A DNA stretch of 64,000 nucleotides. Origin: an uncultured Candidatus Saccharibacteria bacterium. GTDB lineage: Bacteria; Patescibacteriota; Minisyncoccia; Phycocordibacterales; SBAW01. Position 1 is the stretch's first letter. Every line of letters starts with the position of its first letter. The notes under the pieces were generated by a model. The model worked only from the letters and a program-made list of their open reading frames with translations, did not search any database and was not told the DNA's origin. The translations under genes were made by a program, and so were the position numbers. The stretch is taken from assembly GCA_964650645.1 (NCBI GenBank), contig CAZYUH010000001.1, forward strand, positions 283,032-347,031, in the 5' to 3' direction. Below, piece after piece: positions 54,668 to 64,000 of this stretch.

Positions 54668-55786
54668 ATGACAAGCAGGGAGAAGGCGGCCGAGCTTTTG
54701 GGCAAGGCGGGCGTCGCCATAAACGGCCCCAAGCCCACGGACGTGCGGGTAGCGGACGAGCGCTTGTACGACCGGGTGCTCTCGGGCGGCACCCTGGCCG
54801 TCGGCGAGGCGTACATGGACGGCTGGTGGGAGGCGGAGGACCTCTCCGGATTCCTCAGCCTCATGCTGCGCGCGCATATAGACGAGTCGCTCAAGAGCTT
54901 CTCGACGCTGTTCTACATAGCGCGGGCGCGGGCGCTCAATCTCCAGAACAAAAACAGGGCGTTCGAGGTGGGCAAGAGGCACTACGACATCGGCAACGAC
55001 CTTTACGAGCGCATGCTCGATAGCCGCATGGTCTACACCTGCGGCTACTGGAGCGGCCCGGCGCCGGCGCAGACACTGGACGACGCGCAGGAGGCCAAGC
55101 TCGACCTGGTGTGTCGCAAAATAGGGCTCAAGGCGGGCGACACGGTGCTTGACGTGGGGTGCGGGTGGGGGAGCTTTGCGAAGTTCGCGGCCGAGCGCTA
55201 CGGCGCCAAGGTGGCGGGCATTACGGTGTCGAAGGAGCAGGCCGAGCTTGCCCGCGCGCGCTGCGCGGGGCTCGATGTCGAGATACGTGTCGAGGATTAC
55301 CGCGACACGCAAGGCCGGTTCGACCATATAGTGTCTTTGGGGATGTTCGAGCACGTGGGCCCCAAGAACTACCGCGCGTACATGGAGAAGATGCACGGGC
55401 TTTTAAAAGACGGCGGGATATTCCTCCTGCACTGCATCGGCGGCAACGAAAGCGTCCTGTGGAGCGACCCGTGGATAGACCGCTACATTTTCCCCAACGG
55501 GGTCCTGCCGTCCATAGCGCAGATAGGGAAGGCCGCGGAGCGGCTGTTCGTCATGGAGGACTGGCACAATTTCGGCCCCGACTACGACCGGACGCTCATG
55601 GCGTGGTGGCGCAACTTCGATAGCCGCTGGCCTGAAATAGCGGACCGCTACGGCGAGCGGTTTTACCGCATGTGGAAGTTCTACCTCCATTCATGCGCGG
55701 CGGGGTTCCGCACCCGCCACACCCAGCTCTGGCAGGTCGCGCTTTCCAAGGGCGGCCTAGAGGGCGGCTACCGTTCGGTGCGCTAG
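54668..55786 (+). CDS. cfa: Cyclopropane-fatty-acyl-phospholipid synthase
   Basis: The SAM motif VLDVGCGWGSFAKFAAERYGAKVAGITVS and a CFA-synthase C-terminal region. Confidence 0.8.
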   Translation: MTSREKAAELLGKAGVAINGPKPTDVRVADERLYDRVLSGGTLAVGEAYMDGWWEAEDLSGFLSLMLRAHIDESLKSFSTLFYIARARALNLQNKNRAFEVGKRHYDIGNDLYERMLDSRMVYTCGYWSGPAPAQTLDDAQEAKLDLVCRKIGLKAGDTVLDVGCGWGSFAKFAAERYGAKVAGITVSKEQAELARARCAGLDVEIRVEDYRDTQGRFDHIVSLGMFEHVGPKNYRAYMEKMHGLLKDGGIFLLHCIGGNESVLWSDPWIDRYIFPNGVLPSIAQIGKAAERLFVMEDWHNFGPDYDRTLMAWWRNFDSRWPEIADRYGERFYRMWKFYLHSCAAGFRTRHTQLWQVALSKGGLEGGYRSVR

Positions 55787-55797
55787 GGCGCATGCGC

Positions 55798-55832
55798 AAA
55801 AAACGGCCCGGGTATCCGGGCCGTTTTTTTTT
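55798..55832. terminator. Bidirectional terminator between cfa and recA
   Basis: AAAAAACGGCCCGGGTATCCGGGCCGTTTTTTTTT. Confidence 0.8.
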
Positions 55833-55836
55833 GCTC

Positions 55837-56922
55837 TTATTCCTCGTCCTCGTCTCCCGAAGCGGGCGGCGCTTTCTTCGCGTCGGCGTTCTCCTTGAGC
55901 GCCTTGCGTATCTCGCCCATGAGCGCGGCGGCGGTCTTCTTGTTCTCGCGCAGGTACGTGCGGCTGGCGTCGTAGCCGCGGCCTAGCTTCTCCTCGCCGA
56001 AGGAGTACGAGCTGCCGGACTTAGACACGATGCCGTACTTCTCGCCGAGCGCCAGGAGCTCGCCCTCCTTGGAGATGCCCTCGTTGTACATGAGGTCGAA
56101 CTCGGTCGTGCGGAACGGGGGAGCGACCTTGTTCTTGACCACCTTGATGCGGTGGCGGCCGCCCACGACCTCCTCGCCCTTCTTAATCTGGGCGATGCGG
56201 CGTATGTCGAGGCGCACCGAGGTGTAGAACTTGAGCGCCTTGCCGCCGGTCGTCGTCTCGGGGTTGCCGAACATGACGCCTATCTGCATGCGTATCTGGT
56301 TGATGAATATGACGATGGTCTTCGATTTGGACACGATGGCCGTGAGCTTGCGCAGGGCCTGGCTCATGAGGCGGGCCTGCTTGCCCACCTGGTAGGAGCC
56401 CATGTCGCCCTCTATCTCGTCCTTGGGGGTGAGCGCGGCGACCGAGTCCACGACGATGATGTCTATTTTCCCCGAGCGCACGAGGCTCTCGGTAATCTCG
56501 AGCGCCTGCTCGCCGGTATCCGGCTGGGAGATGAGGAGCTCGTCGAGCTTCACGCCGAGCTTGCGGGCGTATTCCGGGTCGAGCGCGTGCTCGGCGTCTA
56601 TGAAGGCGCAGATGCCGCCCTTCTTCTGCGCCTCGGCAATAGCGTGGAGGGTCAGCGTGGTCTTGCCCGATGACTCGGGGCCGAAGACCTCGATGATGCG
56701 GCCGCGCGGGTAGCCGCCGATGCCGAGCGCCCAGTCGAGGCCTATCGAGCCCGAGGGGACGGTGTCTACGTTCACCTTGGGCTGCTCGCCGAGCATCATA
56801 ATGGACTCGTCGCCGAACTTGGTCTTGATGGCGCGCAGGGCTGCGTCTATCGCGGTGCTGTCCTTCTTGTTCTCCTGCGGGGAGACCTTCGCTGCCTTTT
56901 CCTTTCCTTTTTTAAGTGCCAT
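55837..56922 (-). CDS. recA: Recombinase RecA
   Basis: [17 protein letters not shown] (Walker A), loops L1 and L2, and a length of 361 aa. Confidence 0.9.
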   Translation of the reverse strand: MALKKGKEKAAKVSPQENKKDSTAIDAALRAIKTKFGDESIMMLGEQPKVNVDTVPSGSIGLDWALGIGGYPRGRIIEVFGPESSGKTTLTLHAIAEAQKKGGICAFIDAEHALDPEYARKLGVKLDELLISQPDTGEQALEITESLVRSGKIDIIVVDSVAALTPKDEIEGDMGSYQVGKQARLMSQALRKLTAIVSKSKTIVIFINQIRMQIGVMFGNPETTTGGKALKFYTSVRLDIRRIAQIKKGEEVVGGRHRIKVVKNKVAPPFRTTEFDLMYNEGISKEGELLALGEKYGIVSKSGSSYSFGEEKLGRGYDASRTYLRENKKTAAALMGEIRKALKENADAKKAPPASGDEDEE

Positions 56923-56958
56923 AGGGGTGTGTGCGTGTGCTATGCGGGCCGCGGGCGC

Positions 56959-57303
56959 CTACAGTGTAACCGGGCAATACGTTAATAAAGTGAACGAGAC
57001 GCGCTTCTGCGTCTGCCGGCCGAACCGGTCCGTGGCCAGCACGGTGGCGACAGTATACCCCACGGGAGGGGAATAGCGGTACACAAATCGGCCCTCCTCG
57101 TTTGCCGCGGCCGCATGGCCGTTTATGGTCAGAAAAGAGATGTTCTCGACGCGGCCTGAAATGGTCACGAGGGAAGTGGAGGTGGCCGACCCGTCTATGG
57201 GGGAGTCTATGACAAGCTCCGGCCCGGATATGATGCGCCGGGCCTCGAACAGGGCGTAGCCCGCGATGAGGACGAGGGCGGCGATGACGAGCAGGCGTTT
57301 CAC
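56959..57303 (-). CDS. Small secreted protein, hypothetical
   Basis: A signal peptide (MKRLLVIAALVLIAGYA) and a total of 114 aa. Confidence 0.4.
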   Translation of the reverse strand: MKRLLVIAALVLIAGYALFEARRIISGPELVIDSPIDGSATSTSLVTISGRVENISFLTINGHAAAANEEGRFVYRYSPPVGYTVATVLATDRFGRQTQKRVSFTLLTYCPVTL

Positions 57304-57316
57304 TCAGCCAGTATAC

Positions 57317-59569
57317 CTACAACGCCTCTTCCGGGGAGGGGGCGGCCGCGGGTGCGGGGCCGGCGCCCTTGTCCAATATGTCGCGGGGCTTGGCGCCGTT
57401 TGCCGGGCCTATGACGCCTTTCGCCTCGAGCGCGTCCATGATGCGCGCCGCGCGCGCGTACCCGATGCTGAGCCGCCGCTGCAGGAACGAGGTGGAGGCC
57501 TTGCCGCTTTCAACGACCACGCGGCGCGCCTGCTCGACCATGTCGTCGTCCACGTCCTCATCGTCGCCGAAGCCGCCGCTCGAGCCGCCCGCGGACGAGC
57601 CCAGGCCCACGCCGTCCGAGCCCTGCTGGGCGGGCGCTATCTCGACCGGCACCTCGGCCTCGTTGTTGTCGGCGATGAAGTCCACAATCTTCTTCACCTC
57701 CGCCTCGCTTACGAACGCGTTCTGGAGGCGCACCGGCTTGTTCATGTCGGCCGACAGGTACAGCATGTCGCCCGCGCCCAAAAGGCTCTCGGCGCCGCCC
57801 TGGTCGAGTATCGTGCGGCTGTCTATCTGGCTGGCGACCTGCAAGGCGATGCGGGCGGGCACGTTGGCCTTAATAAGGCCCGTGATGACGTTAACGGAGG
57901 GGCGCTGGGTCGAGAGTATGAGGTGTATGCCCACGGCGCGCGACATCTGCGCCAGGCGCACGATGCCGGCCTCCAGCTCGCGCGGGTAGCTCTGCATGAT
58001 GTCGGCAAGCTCGTCTATGACGATGACGATGTAGGGCATGGCCTCGGGGACCGGCTCGCCCTCAGTCGCGCCCTGCTTCTTTATCTTTTCAAGCTGGGGC
58101 GCCAGCACGGTGGTGTGGTACGACTCGATGTCGCGCACGCGGTGCTCCTCAAGCAGGTTGTAGCGCCGCTCCATTTCCTTGCCGGCCCAGCGCAGGGCCA
58201 TAATCGCCTTCTTGGCATCGGTGATGACGGGGGTCAGAAGGTGGGGAAGCGAGCGGTACAGGGTAAGTTCCACGCGCTTGGGGTCGATGAATATGAAGCG
58301 AAGCTGCGAGGGGCCGCACCTATAAAGAAGGGAGGTGATGATGGTATGGATGGCGACCGACTTGCCCGAGCCGGTGGCGCCCGCAATGAGCGCGTGCGGC
58401 ATTTTTGCCACGTTAGAAAACAGCGAGCCGCCCGCAATGTCGCGCCCGAGCGCCACCATGAGCGGCTTGTGCGAGTCCTGGAACTCGGAGGCCTCCAGGA
58501 GCGTGCCGAGGCCCACGGTCACTTTGGCCGAGTTGGGGACCTCGATGCCTACCAGCGCCTTGCCGGGTATGGGCGCCTCGATGCGGATGCCGCCCTTTGC
58601 GGCCAGGGCAAGGGCGAGGTTCTGCTGGAGCGCGACTATTTTAGAAAGCCGCACGCCCTCGGCCGGCTTTATGGCGTAGCGCGTGACCGACGGGCCTATG
58701 GATATCTCGTCGAGCTCTATCTGCACGCCGAAGTTGGCCAGCGTGCGCTTGATGATGTTGGCGTTCCCTTTTATGTCGCCGACGCCCGGGCGGCCCTTGT
58801 CGCGCTCAAGAAGCGACAGGGGCGGGGGCGTATATGTGCCCAAAAGGGACTTCAGCGAGAGCGCGGCGGCCTTGGCCTGCTGTGCGGCCGTATCCACCTT
58901 GGCTGCGGCCGCGGCCATGGCCGGGCGCGGCGGCACCGGCTCGCCGGCTTGGGCGGGCTCGGGCCTCTGGGCCGCTCCGGCATCTTCTTCGTCCTCGTCC
59001 TCCTCTCCGGTAAAGCCTGTTACGACAGGCTCGCCGCCTGCCTCCTTTTTGCGCCACAGCGACGACACGAGCGCCCATGCGCCCGCGAAGGGCTGCATGC
59101 TGATGCGCCCCTCAAGCAATAAGAGGAGCGATATGAGGAGCAGGCCGCCGAGCCCGATGACCGCCGCGTATATATCGAAGTACTTGACCGCCGGGTCGGC
59201 TATGGCCCGGCCGAAGAACCCTCCCTTGCCTGACACTATCTGTATGAACCCGAGCCCGGTGACCAAAAAGAGCACGCTCGATACGAGCTTGAGCGGGCCC
59301 ACGCTCGGGCGTTCCTCGCGCAGGGCCGCCCCGCCGAGCATGAAGAAGAGTATAGGCAGAAGGAAGTACCCGACGCCCAGGAGGTTGCCGAACAGTATGT
59401 AGGCGTCCGAGCCCGCGGGCCCGGCGGCGCCGAACCCCGCCAGGGTAAGCACCGCGCCCACAATAATAAGGAGCACTGCCACTATGGCCCTGAAGGTGTC
59501 TTTGGGTACGCTGGCAAGCGGCTTCTTGCCGGAGGAGGACTTGCCGTTCTTCTTTGCCATGATGTGCAA
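57317..59569 (-). CDS. ftsK: DNA translocase FtsK/SpoIIIE
   Basis: N-terminal TM helices, a Pro/Ala linker, a motor domain (GATGSGKSV, and DELAD for Walker B), and a C-terminal gamma wHTH. Confidence 0.85.
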   Translation of the reverse strand: MHIMAKKNGKSSSGKKPLASVPKDTFRAIVAVLLIIVGAVLTLAGFGAAGPAGSDAYILFGNLLGVGYFLLPILFFMLGGAALREERPSVGPLKLVSSVLFLVTGLGFIQIVSGKGGFFGRAIADPAVKYFDIYAAVIGLGGLLLISLLLLLEGRISMQPFAGAWALVSSLWRKKEAGGEPVVTGFTGEEDEDEEDAGAAQRPEPAQAGEPVPPRPAMAAAAAKVDTAAQQAKAAALSLKSLLGTYTPPPLSLLERDKGRPGVGDIKGNANIIKRTLANFGVQIELDEISIGPSVTRYAIKPAEGVRLSKIVALQQNLALALAAKGGIRIEAPIPGKALVGIEVPNSAKVTVGLGTLLEASEFQDSHKPLMVALGRDIAGGSLFSNVAKMPHALIAGATGSGKSVAIHTIITSLLYRCGPSQLRFIFIDPKRVELTLYRSLPHLLTPVITDAKKAIMALRWAGKEMERRYNLLEEHRVRDIESYHTTVLAPQLEKIKKQGATEGEPVPEAMPYIVIVIDELADIMQSYPRELEAGIVRLAQMSRAVGIHLILSTQRPSVNVITGLIKANVPARIALQVASQIDSRTILDQGGAESLLGAGDMLYLSADMNKPVRLQNAFVSEAEVKKIVDFIADNNEAEVPVEIAPAQQGSDGVGLGSSAGGSSGGFGDDEDVDDDMVEQARRVVVESGKASTSFLQRRLSIGYARAARIMDALEAKGVIGPANGAKPRDILDKGAGPAPAAAPSPEEAL

Positions 59570-59697
59570 ATAATACCATGGGCGCGCCTCAAAATTCCGT
59601 ACCCTTTAAAGCTTGCCTCCGGCACGCGCGGCCTAATGGCGAACCTTGTCTTTGGGCGCTCCCTTGCTACACTTAGGGACATACTCTGTCCAATAAA

Positions 59698-59717
59698 GTC
59701 CTTTAAATGTAAAGGAC
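59698..59717. promoter_or_regulatory. Perfect palindrome GTCCTTTaaatgtAAAGGAC; a candidate operator for the adjacent wHTH protein
   Basis: An inverted repeat of the AAAGGAC half-site. A second palindrome TCCTTTttAAAGGA lies at 59801..59814, and AAAGGTCAAAA direct repeats at 59742..59775. Confidence 0.5.
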
Positions 59718-59754
59718 AACATACAGACAACGGAGCGCAATAAAGGTCAAAAGA

Positions 59755-60471
59755 ATGTCAGACAAAAGGTCAAAATTCCATGAATTCGCTTTAAAATCAA
59801 TCCTTTTTAAAGGACGCTATGACTGGTATTTCTGTTACCTAAAAACTGAGAAAATAGCCCATGTGCTCGCGGTGCTGGAGCGCAGGGTGGAGGGAGGCGA
59901 GGGCCGTGTCCAGGAAATAGCGACCCGCGCCGCCGCCTTGCCCGGCGACATCGCCCACTTGGCCGCCGGCGAAATAGACGCGCCGGTGGTGCTTGCGGAT
60001 ATATTCTCGCTCCTGTGCGCGGTGCGCCTGGCCACGACGGAAGAGCTTATCCATAAGGAAACCGGCTCTATTTTAGAGTCCGAGTACGAAGCCGTGGCCG
60101 AACGGCTCATGGCGGGGAGCCACCCGTCGCCGTTCGTCAGGGTAGAGGACTTCCATGTGCCGCACCTCTCGCTTGAAAGCGGCCACACACGCATAACGGA
60201 CGACGACATGCCGCATACTGTCTTTGAGCGTCCTATAAAACAGGACACCCGAAAAGGACAATCAGGCGAGCCATATAAAGGACAAAATGAGCGGGCTGAG
60301 CGCATTCTTGACTATATCCGCCTTAAGAAGAGCGTCTCTATAAAAGAAATTGCCGCAACTATAAAGGGGTGTAGTGAAAAGACTATTCAGCGCGAGCTCA
60401 TACTATTAATACAGAAGGGGCTAGTGCGGCGGGTAGGCGAGCGTCGTTGGAGCCAGTACGAGCCTGTCTAA
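59755..60471 (+). CDS. Winged-HTH (DeoR/Rep-like) DNA-binding protein in a low-GC islet; possible autoregulator or replication-initiator-like protein. The start is uncertain, and a GTG near 59866 is an alternative.
   Basis: A C-terminal wHTH (VSIKEIAATIKGCSEKTIQRELILLIQKGLVRRV). AAAGGAC palindromes and direct repeats sit upstream and inside the 5' end. Local GC content drops markedly. Confidence 0.5.
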   Translation: MSDKRSKFHEFALKSILFKGRYDWYFCYLKTEKIAHVLAVLERRVEGGEGRVQEIATRAAALPGDIAHLAAGEIDAPVVLADIFSLLCAVRLATTEELIHKETGSILESEYEAVAERLMAGSHPSPFVRVEDFHVPHLSLESGHTRITDDDMPHTVFERPIKQDTRKGQSGEPYKGQNERAERILDYIRLKKSVSIKEIAATIKGCSEKTIQRELILLIQKGLVRRVGERRWSQYEPV

Positions 60472-60875
60472 GAATAAGCGCTTAAAATCGAGGCAGGCGT
60501 ACGGCTTTACAACAACACACGCTATTTATTTTGTCTATTGCCTCCAAGGTTCCGCTGATGTAGGGTAGGCGGGTCCTCTGGACCTTGGGTAACGGGCTGT
60601 TGAGAGCCTTCAAGTGAGGGTCCTCCAGTCTAAAAATCCAATACGCTTTACGCGCGTTGTCCACAGGGCGTGTGCGTTCGCCTTTAATTGCTCAGCTATA
60701 CTACTGAGTGACCTCTGAGTTAGAGGGGCGCGTTCGTTGACAATTGCCCTGCATACATACTCCCGCTTCACCTTGTCCCGTCACGGAAAGATTACGACTG
60801 ATACTCCGTCTACATTTTTGCTACCCAACCTCCTGCCCGAAGAGTCGAGAGGCTCCACAGCAGGGGAGGTAGAAC

Positions 60876-62993
60876 ATGTTCTACGTGCGGTTCGATTACT
60901 CGTGTTTACCAGTAATTATTCGTTGCAGTAAGAAGATTATGACTATTACCAACAGCTCCACCCGCCTCGCTGCGCTCGTCGCAGGCGTCGCAGTTGCTAT
61001 CGCGCTCATGGGCGCAGTTGCAGTTGCTCCGGCGCAGGCCGCAGGCCTTTCGGCCTCGCAGGTCCAGGCAATCGTATCCCTGCTCGCATCGTTCGGTGCT
61101 GACCAGGCTACGATAAGCAACGTTACCGCGGCCCTCAACGGCCAGGCAACGACGGGCACTGGCTCCACCGGCGGTTCCACCACCGGCGGCACCTGCCCGG
61201 TCCTTACCCGCTCCCTTCAGTTGGGCTCCACTGGCGCGGACGTCCTGTCCCTCCAGCAGTTCCTCAACGCTAACGCAAGCACCCGCGTATCGGTATCCGG
61301 CGCAGGCTCTCCCGGCATGGAGACCACCTACTTCGGCCCGGCTACCCAGGCTGCGGTTATCAAGTTCCAGGCCGCTAACAACGTCTCCGCAATCGGCGTA
61401 GTCGGTCCGGCTACCCGTGCGGCTATCGCGGCAGTCTGCGGCACGACCGGCGGTTCTACCGGCGGCTCGACCGGCGGCAGCACCGGCGGTTCTACCGGCG
61501 GCGCCCTCTCGGGCGGCGAGGCGGACCTCCGCGACTTCGACCTCATCTCGGGCGACGACCTCATGGAGGGCGACTCGAACGTTGAGATCGCTGTTGCTCG
61601 CTTCGATGTCGACGGCGGCGATGCCCAGGTGCAGCGCGTAACCCTCGACTTCCAGGCCACCAATGGCAGCCTTGAGGAGCAGCCGTGGAAGTTCATCGAC
61701 ACGCTCGCCGTCTACAACGGCAGCACCAAGGTGGGCTCGGTTGACGCCTCCTCGAAGTCCGACTGGGACAAGGAGGATGATGACGCCGACCACGCTGGCT
61801 CGGTCGACTTCTACACCATCGACATCCCGGTCAACACGATCATCCGCGAGGATGACCGCGCAGAGCTCTCTATCCGCGCTGACGCGCAGAGCAACATCGA
61901 TGATGCTGACGAGGCTCAGACCTTCTATGTCCAGGTTCCGACCGACGGCATCCGCGCTGTCGATGCCAAGGGCATCCAGCAGTACACCGGCGACGGTGAG
62001 GAGGTTACCCTCGGCTTCGATGCCGCAGAGAACGGCGACATCACCATCCGCGAGACCTCTGACAACCCTGACGCGACCGTGCTTGTTGCTGACAGCGATG
62101 AGACTTCGAATGAGTTCACCGTCCTCGCGGGCGAGTTCAAGAACGATGATGACGCTGACGCGCTCCTCAACAGCTTGACCTTCCAGGTTGCGACTTCGTC
62201 CGCTACCGGCGGCGCAGGCGACATCAGCGATATCATCCGCACCGCTACCCTTACGGTAGACGGCGATGACTTCGACTGCGATGTCAATGCGAACAACACC
62301 GTTGACTGCGATGACCTCGACGTTACCCTCGCGGGCGACGACACGACGGACTTCTCGCTCGCTATCGAGCTCTTCGCTCAGAGCGGCCGCTACGCTGCGA
62401 CCGGTGAGTCCCTCACCTTCTCGCTCGCGAACGCCGATGCTGATATCGAGGGCGAGGACACTGGCGATGCTTCGACCAAGTCCGGCTCCGTACAGGGCGA
62501 GCAGCAGTCCATCACGACTGATGCTGGCATCAACGTAGCAGGCAGCACGATGAGCGGCGCTGAGACCTACAACAGCACTTCTCCGGCAAGCAGCTACGGT
62601 ACCTTCACCCTGAAGTTCAGCGTCACCGCAGACGGCGATGATGTGTACATTCCTAAGACCGTTGGCGATAGCGTTACGACCGCTTCTACCACTTACCTCG
62701 GCGTAATAGTGGATACGGACATCAACGCTTCGTCCACCTCTTCGGGTGTTACCACGTCGGTCACCTCGACTGCTGACTCTGAGAACTCCATGTTCTACGT
62801 CATCCACGACGGCGACTCGGAGACCTTCACGATCAGCGTCCGCATCGATCCGACCGATACTGGCTTCTACCAGGTCGGCCTCGACAAGGTCCGCTTCTCG
62901 ACCACGGCTACCGACCTCAACAGTCTCCAGACTCTCGAGGTTGACCAGACCAAGGACGAGTTCCAGACCAGCCCGGTCAGCATCTCTAACTAA
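60876..62993 (+). CDS. Cell-surface protein: signal peptide, a peptidoglycan-binding (PG_binding_1-like) domain, a GGSTGG linker, and a long acidic Asp-rich beta-repeat region
   Basis: The ATG at 60876 has a perfect GGGGAGG SD. An alternative start at 60939 would give a canonical signal peptide (MTITNSSTRLAALVAGVAVAIALMGAVAVAPAQA). The PG-binding motif is LQQFLNANAS...YFGPATQAAVIKFQAAN. Confidence 0.6.
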   Translation: MFYVRFDYSCLPVIIRCSKKIMTITNSSTRLAALVAGVAVAIALMGAVAVAPAQAAGLSASQVQAIVSLLASFGADQATISNVTAALNGQATTGTGSTGGSTTGGTCPVLTRSLQLGSTGADVLSLQQFLNANASTRVSVSGAGSPGMETTYFGPATQAAVIKFQAANNVSAIGVVGPATRAAIAAVCGTTGGSTGGSTGGSTGGSTGGALSGGEADLRDFDLISGDDLMEGDSNVEIAVARFDVDGGDAQVQRVTLDFQATNGSLEEQPWKFIDTLAVYNGSTKVGSVDASSKSDWDKEDDDADHAGSVDFYTIDIPVNTIIREDDRAELSIRADAQSNIDDADEAQTFYVQVPTDGIRAVDAKGIQQYTGDGEEVTLGFDAAENGDITIRETSDNPDATVLVADSDETSNEFTVLAGEFKNDDDADALLNSLTFQVATSSATGGAGDISDIIRTATLTVDGDDFDCDVNANNTVDCDDLDVTLAGDDTTDFSLAIELFAQSGRYAATGESLTFSLANADADIEGEDTGDASTKSGSVQGEQQSITTDAGINVAGSTMSGAETYNSTSPASSYGTFTLKFSVTADGDDVYIPKTVGDSVTTASTTYLGVIVDTDINASSTSSGVTTSVTSTADSENSMFYVIHDGDSETFTISVRIDPTDTGFYQVGLDKVRFSTTATDLNSLQTLEVDQTKDEFQTSPVSISN
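61445..61504 (+). repeat. 12-bp tandem repeats (accggcggttct x5) encoding a (TGGS)n linker
   Basis: A direct tandem repeat inside the surface protein gene. A shorter copy sits at 61150..61195. Confidence 0.75.
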
Positions 62994-63035
62994 TAGCTTC
63001 GAGAGCGATCTCAACAGCTTAAGTTAGCTGACGCA

Positions 63036-63067
63036 AGCAAAAACTCCCCCGCAAGGGGGAGTTTTTG
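63036..63067 (+). terminator. Rho-independent terminator after the surface protein gene
   Basis: GCAAAAACTCCCCCGCAAGGGGGAGTTTTTGC. Confidence 0.8.
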
Positions 63068-63168
63068 CGTTATGGGGCAGGGGACAAGGGTGCGTGCAGG
63101 ACAGGAAGGGAGGTATGATTAGGGTAGTTGTTGTTTGGTCTGCATTTATTTCCTAACCCCTTATCGCC

Positions 63169-64000
63169 ATGCCTTCATCATTATCCTCATCGCTCATCAG
63201 GAGCATTGCGCTCGCGGCGCTCGCCGTCCTTGCGCTCCTCGTGTCCTTTGCGGCTGCACCGCACCGGGCCCGTGCCGCAGCCCTAACCCTGTCGACCGCG
63301 ACAACCACCTCAAGCAACGCCTCAACCACGCTCGCCAAGGTGGGCGATACCGTTTCCTACCGGATCGTGCTCTCCGGCACTCCCTGGGAAGCTCCTAAGA
63401 TAAACATCCTGAACATGGGCACGACTACCATGTCCGGTTCGGGAACCGCGTACATCTACTCGACGACGACCACGAGCGCGTGGACTAACGGTGCGGTGCC
63501 GTTCTACTTCTCGTTCGGCGGGACGACCGCGGGAGACGCGACCACTACCAAGTCGCAGGCCGACATAACGAGCGGCGGCAATGTCCGCTTCGACAAGACC
63601 GCGCCTACCGTCAACTCCCTCGCGTCCGATGCGGGCTCGGCAGGAGTGCTCAAGGTGGGCGATACGATCGTCTTTACCATGACGCCCGCCGCGCCCGAAT
63701 ACGGCGCTACGATGACCGGCTCCTATAACGGCCGCTCGCTTACGTGGAGCACCGCCAACAGCGGGACGACGTATACGGCAACCTATACCGTAACCGAAGG
63801 GGATACCGACCAGGCTTCCGCCCTCCAGATGACTGGCGCTGTCATTACCGATGCGGCGGGCAATGCCGCAGGCGCCGCAGCAACCCTTAACGTCGCAAAG
63901 ACAATCGATGCCAATTCGCCGGCAACTCCCACGGCAGGCACGCCTGCCGGCTCCTACTCGTCCAGCCGGAGCGTCACGCTCTCCTCGACCGGCTCCGACA
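63169..64000 (+). CDS. Cell-surface Ig-like/Thr-rich protein with a signal peptide. The gene runs past the window end, so it is partial.
   Basis: MPSSLSSSLIRSIALAALAVLALLVSFAAAPHRARA, then Thr/Ser/Gly-rich beta sequence. No stop codon lies inside the window. Confidence 0.55.
   Translation, partial: MPSSLSSSLIRSIALAALAVLALLVSFAAAPHRARAAALTLSTATTTSSNASTTLAKVGDTVSYRIVLSGTPWEAPKINILNMGTTTMSGSGTAYIYSTTTTSAWTNGAVPFYFSFGGTTAGDATTTKSQADITSGGNVRFDKTAPTVNSLASDAGSAGVLKVGDTIVFTMTPAAPEYGATMTGSYNGRSLTWSTANSGTTYTATYTVTEGDTDQASALQMTGAVITDAAGNAAGAAATLNVAKTIDANSPATPTAGTPAGSYSSSRSVTLSSTGSD

Noticed and set aside
57266-59122. A 618-aa plus-strand ORF
   Set aside because: It is antisense to ftsK and is a shadow ORF.
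60472-60875. RNase P RNA, SRP RNA or tmRNA in the long leader upstream of the surface protein gene
   Set aside because: No GGAAAGTCCGG or ACAGAAACCCGGCTTA (RNase P) motif, no GGAAGGAAGCAGC (SRP) motif, and no tRNA-like 3' end was found on either strand.
60906-63014. A 702-aa minus-strand ORF
   Set aside because: It is antisense to the surface protein gene. The translation is Arg/Gly/Val-rich nonsense, and the plus-strand frame has a signal peptide and a PG-binding domain.

Overview
The window is 64 kb of high-GC bacterial chromosome, densely packed with housekeeping genes and eight tRNA genes. The phylum cannot be assigned from sequence alone. It contains: a partial class A PBP; tyrS; ruvC-yebC-ruvB; a GspE/PilB ATPase; tsaE; polA; a SpoU methyltransferase; a Mur ligase; ruvA; rpsT; yqgF/ruvX; a CsaA-like tRNA-binding protein; rluA; rplS; terC; mscL; dsbA-like and SIMPL proteins; secE-nusG-rplK; a thymidylate-synthesis cluster (tmk paralog, tandem-domain thyX, tmk, dcd-like, dut, glyA); argS; type-2 ileS; recO; an eukaryote/archaeal-type alpha2 glyQS; metG; tatD; an MFS transporter; rpsF-ssb-rpsR; efp; an ECF sigma factor; cfa; recA; ftsK; and a cell-surface protein locus. 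Most large ORFs in the supplied track that disagree with these calls are antisense shadow ORFs typical of high-GC DNA. Five things stand out. (1) A modular, structurally conserved but sequence-covarying hairpin repeat family sits next to tRNA genes; a short form with a four-hairpin core (about 90 nt between its conserved flanks) alternates with terminator-like hairpins in at least seven full or partial copies, and a longer variant follows tRNA-Val. (2) The isoleucyl-tRNA synthetase carries an inserted histidine-phosphatase (RHG) domain. (3) The dTMP/dTTP synthesis cluster has a pseudo-dimeric ThyX, a degenerate P-loop Tmk paralog and a duplicated promoter/terminator cassette. (4) A low-GC islet next to ftsK encodes a wHTH protein surrounded by AAAGGAC palindromes and iteron-like repeats. 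(5) Many genes show a leaderless-mRNA promoter geometry, with an ATG 6-7 nt after a -10 hexamer. No rRNA, CRISPR array, transposase or integrase was found.
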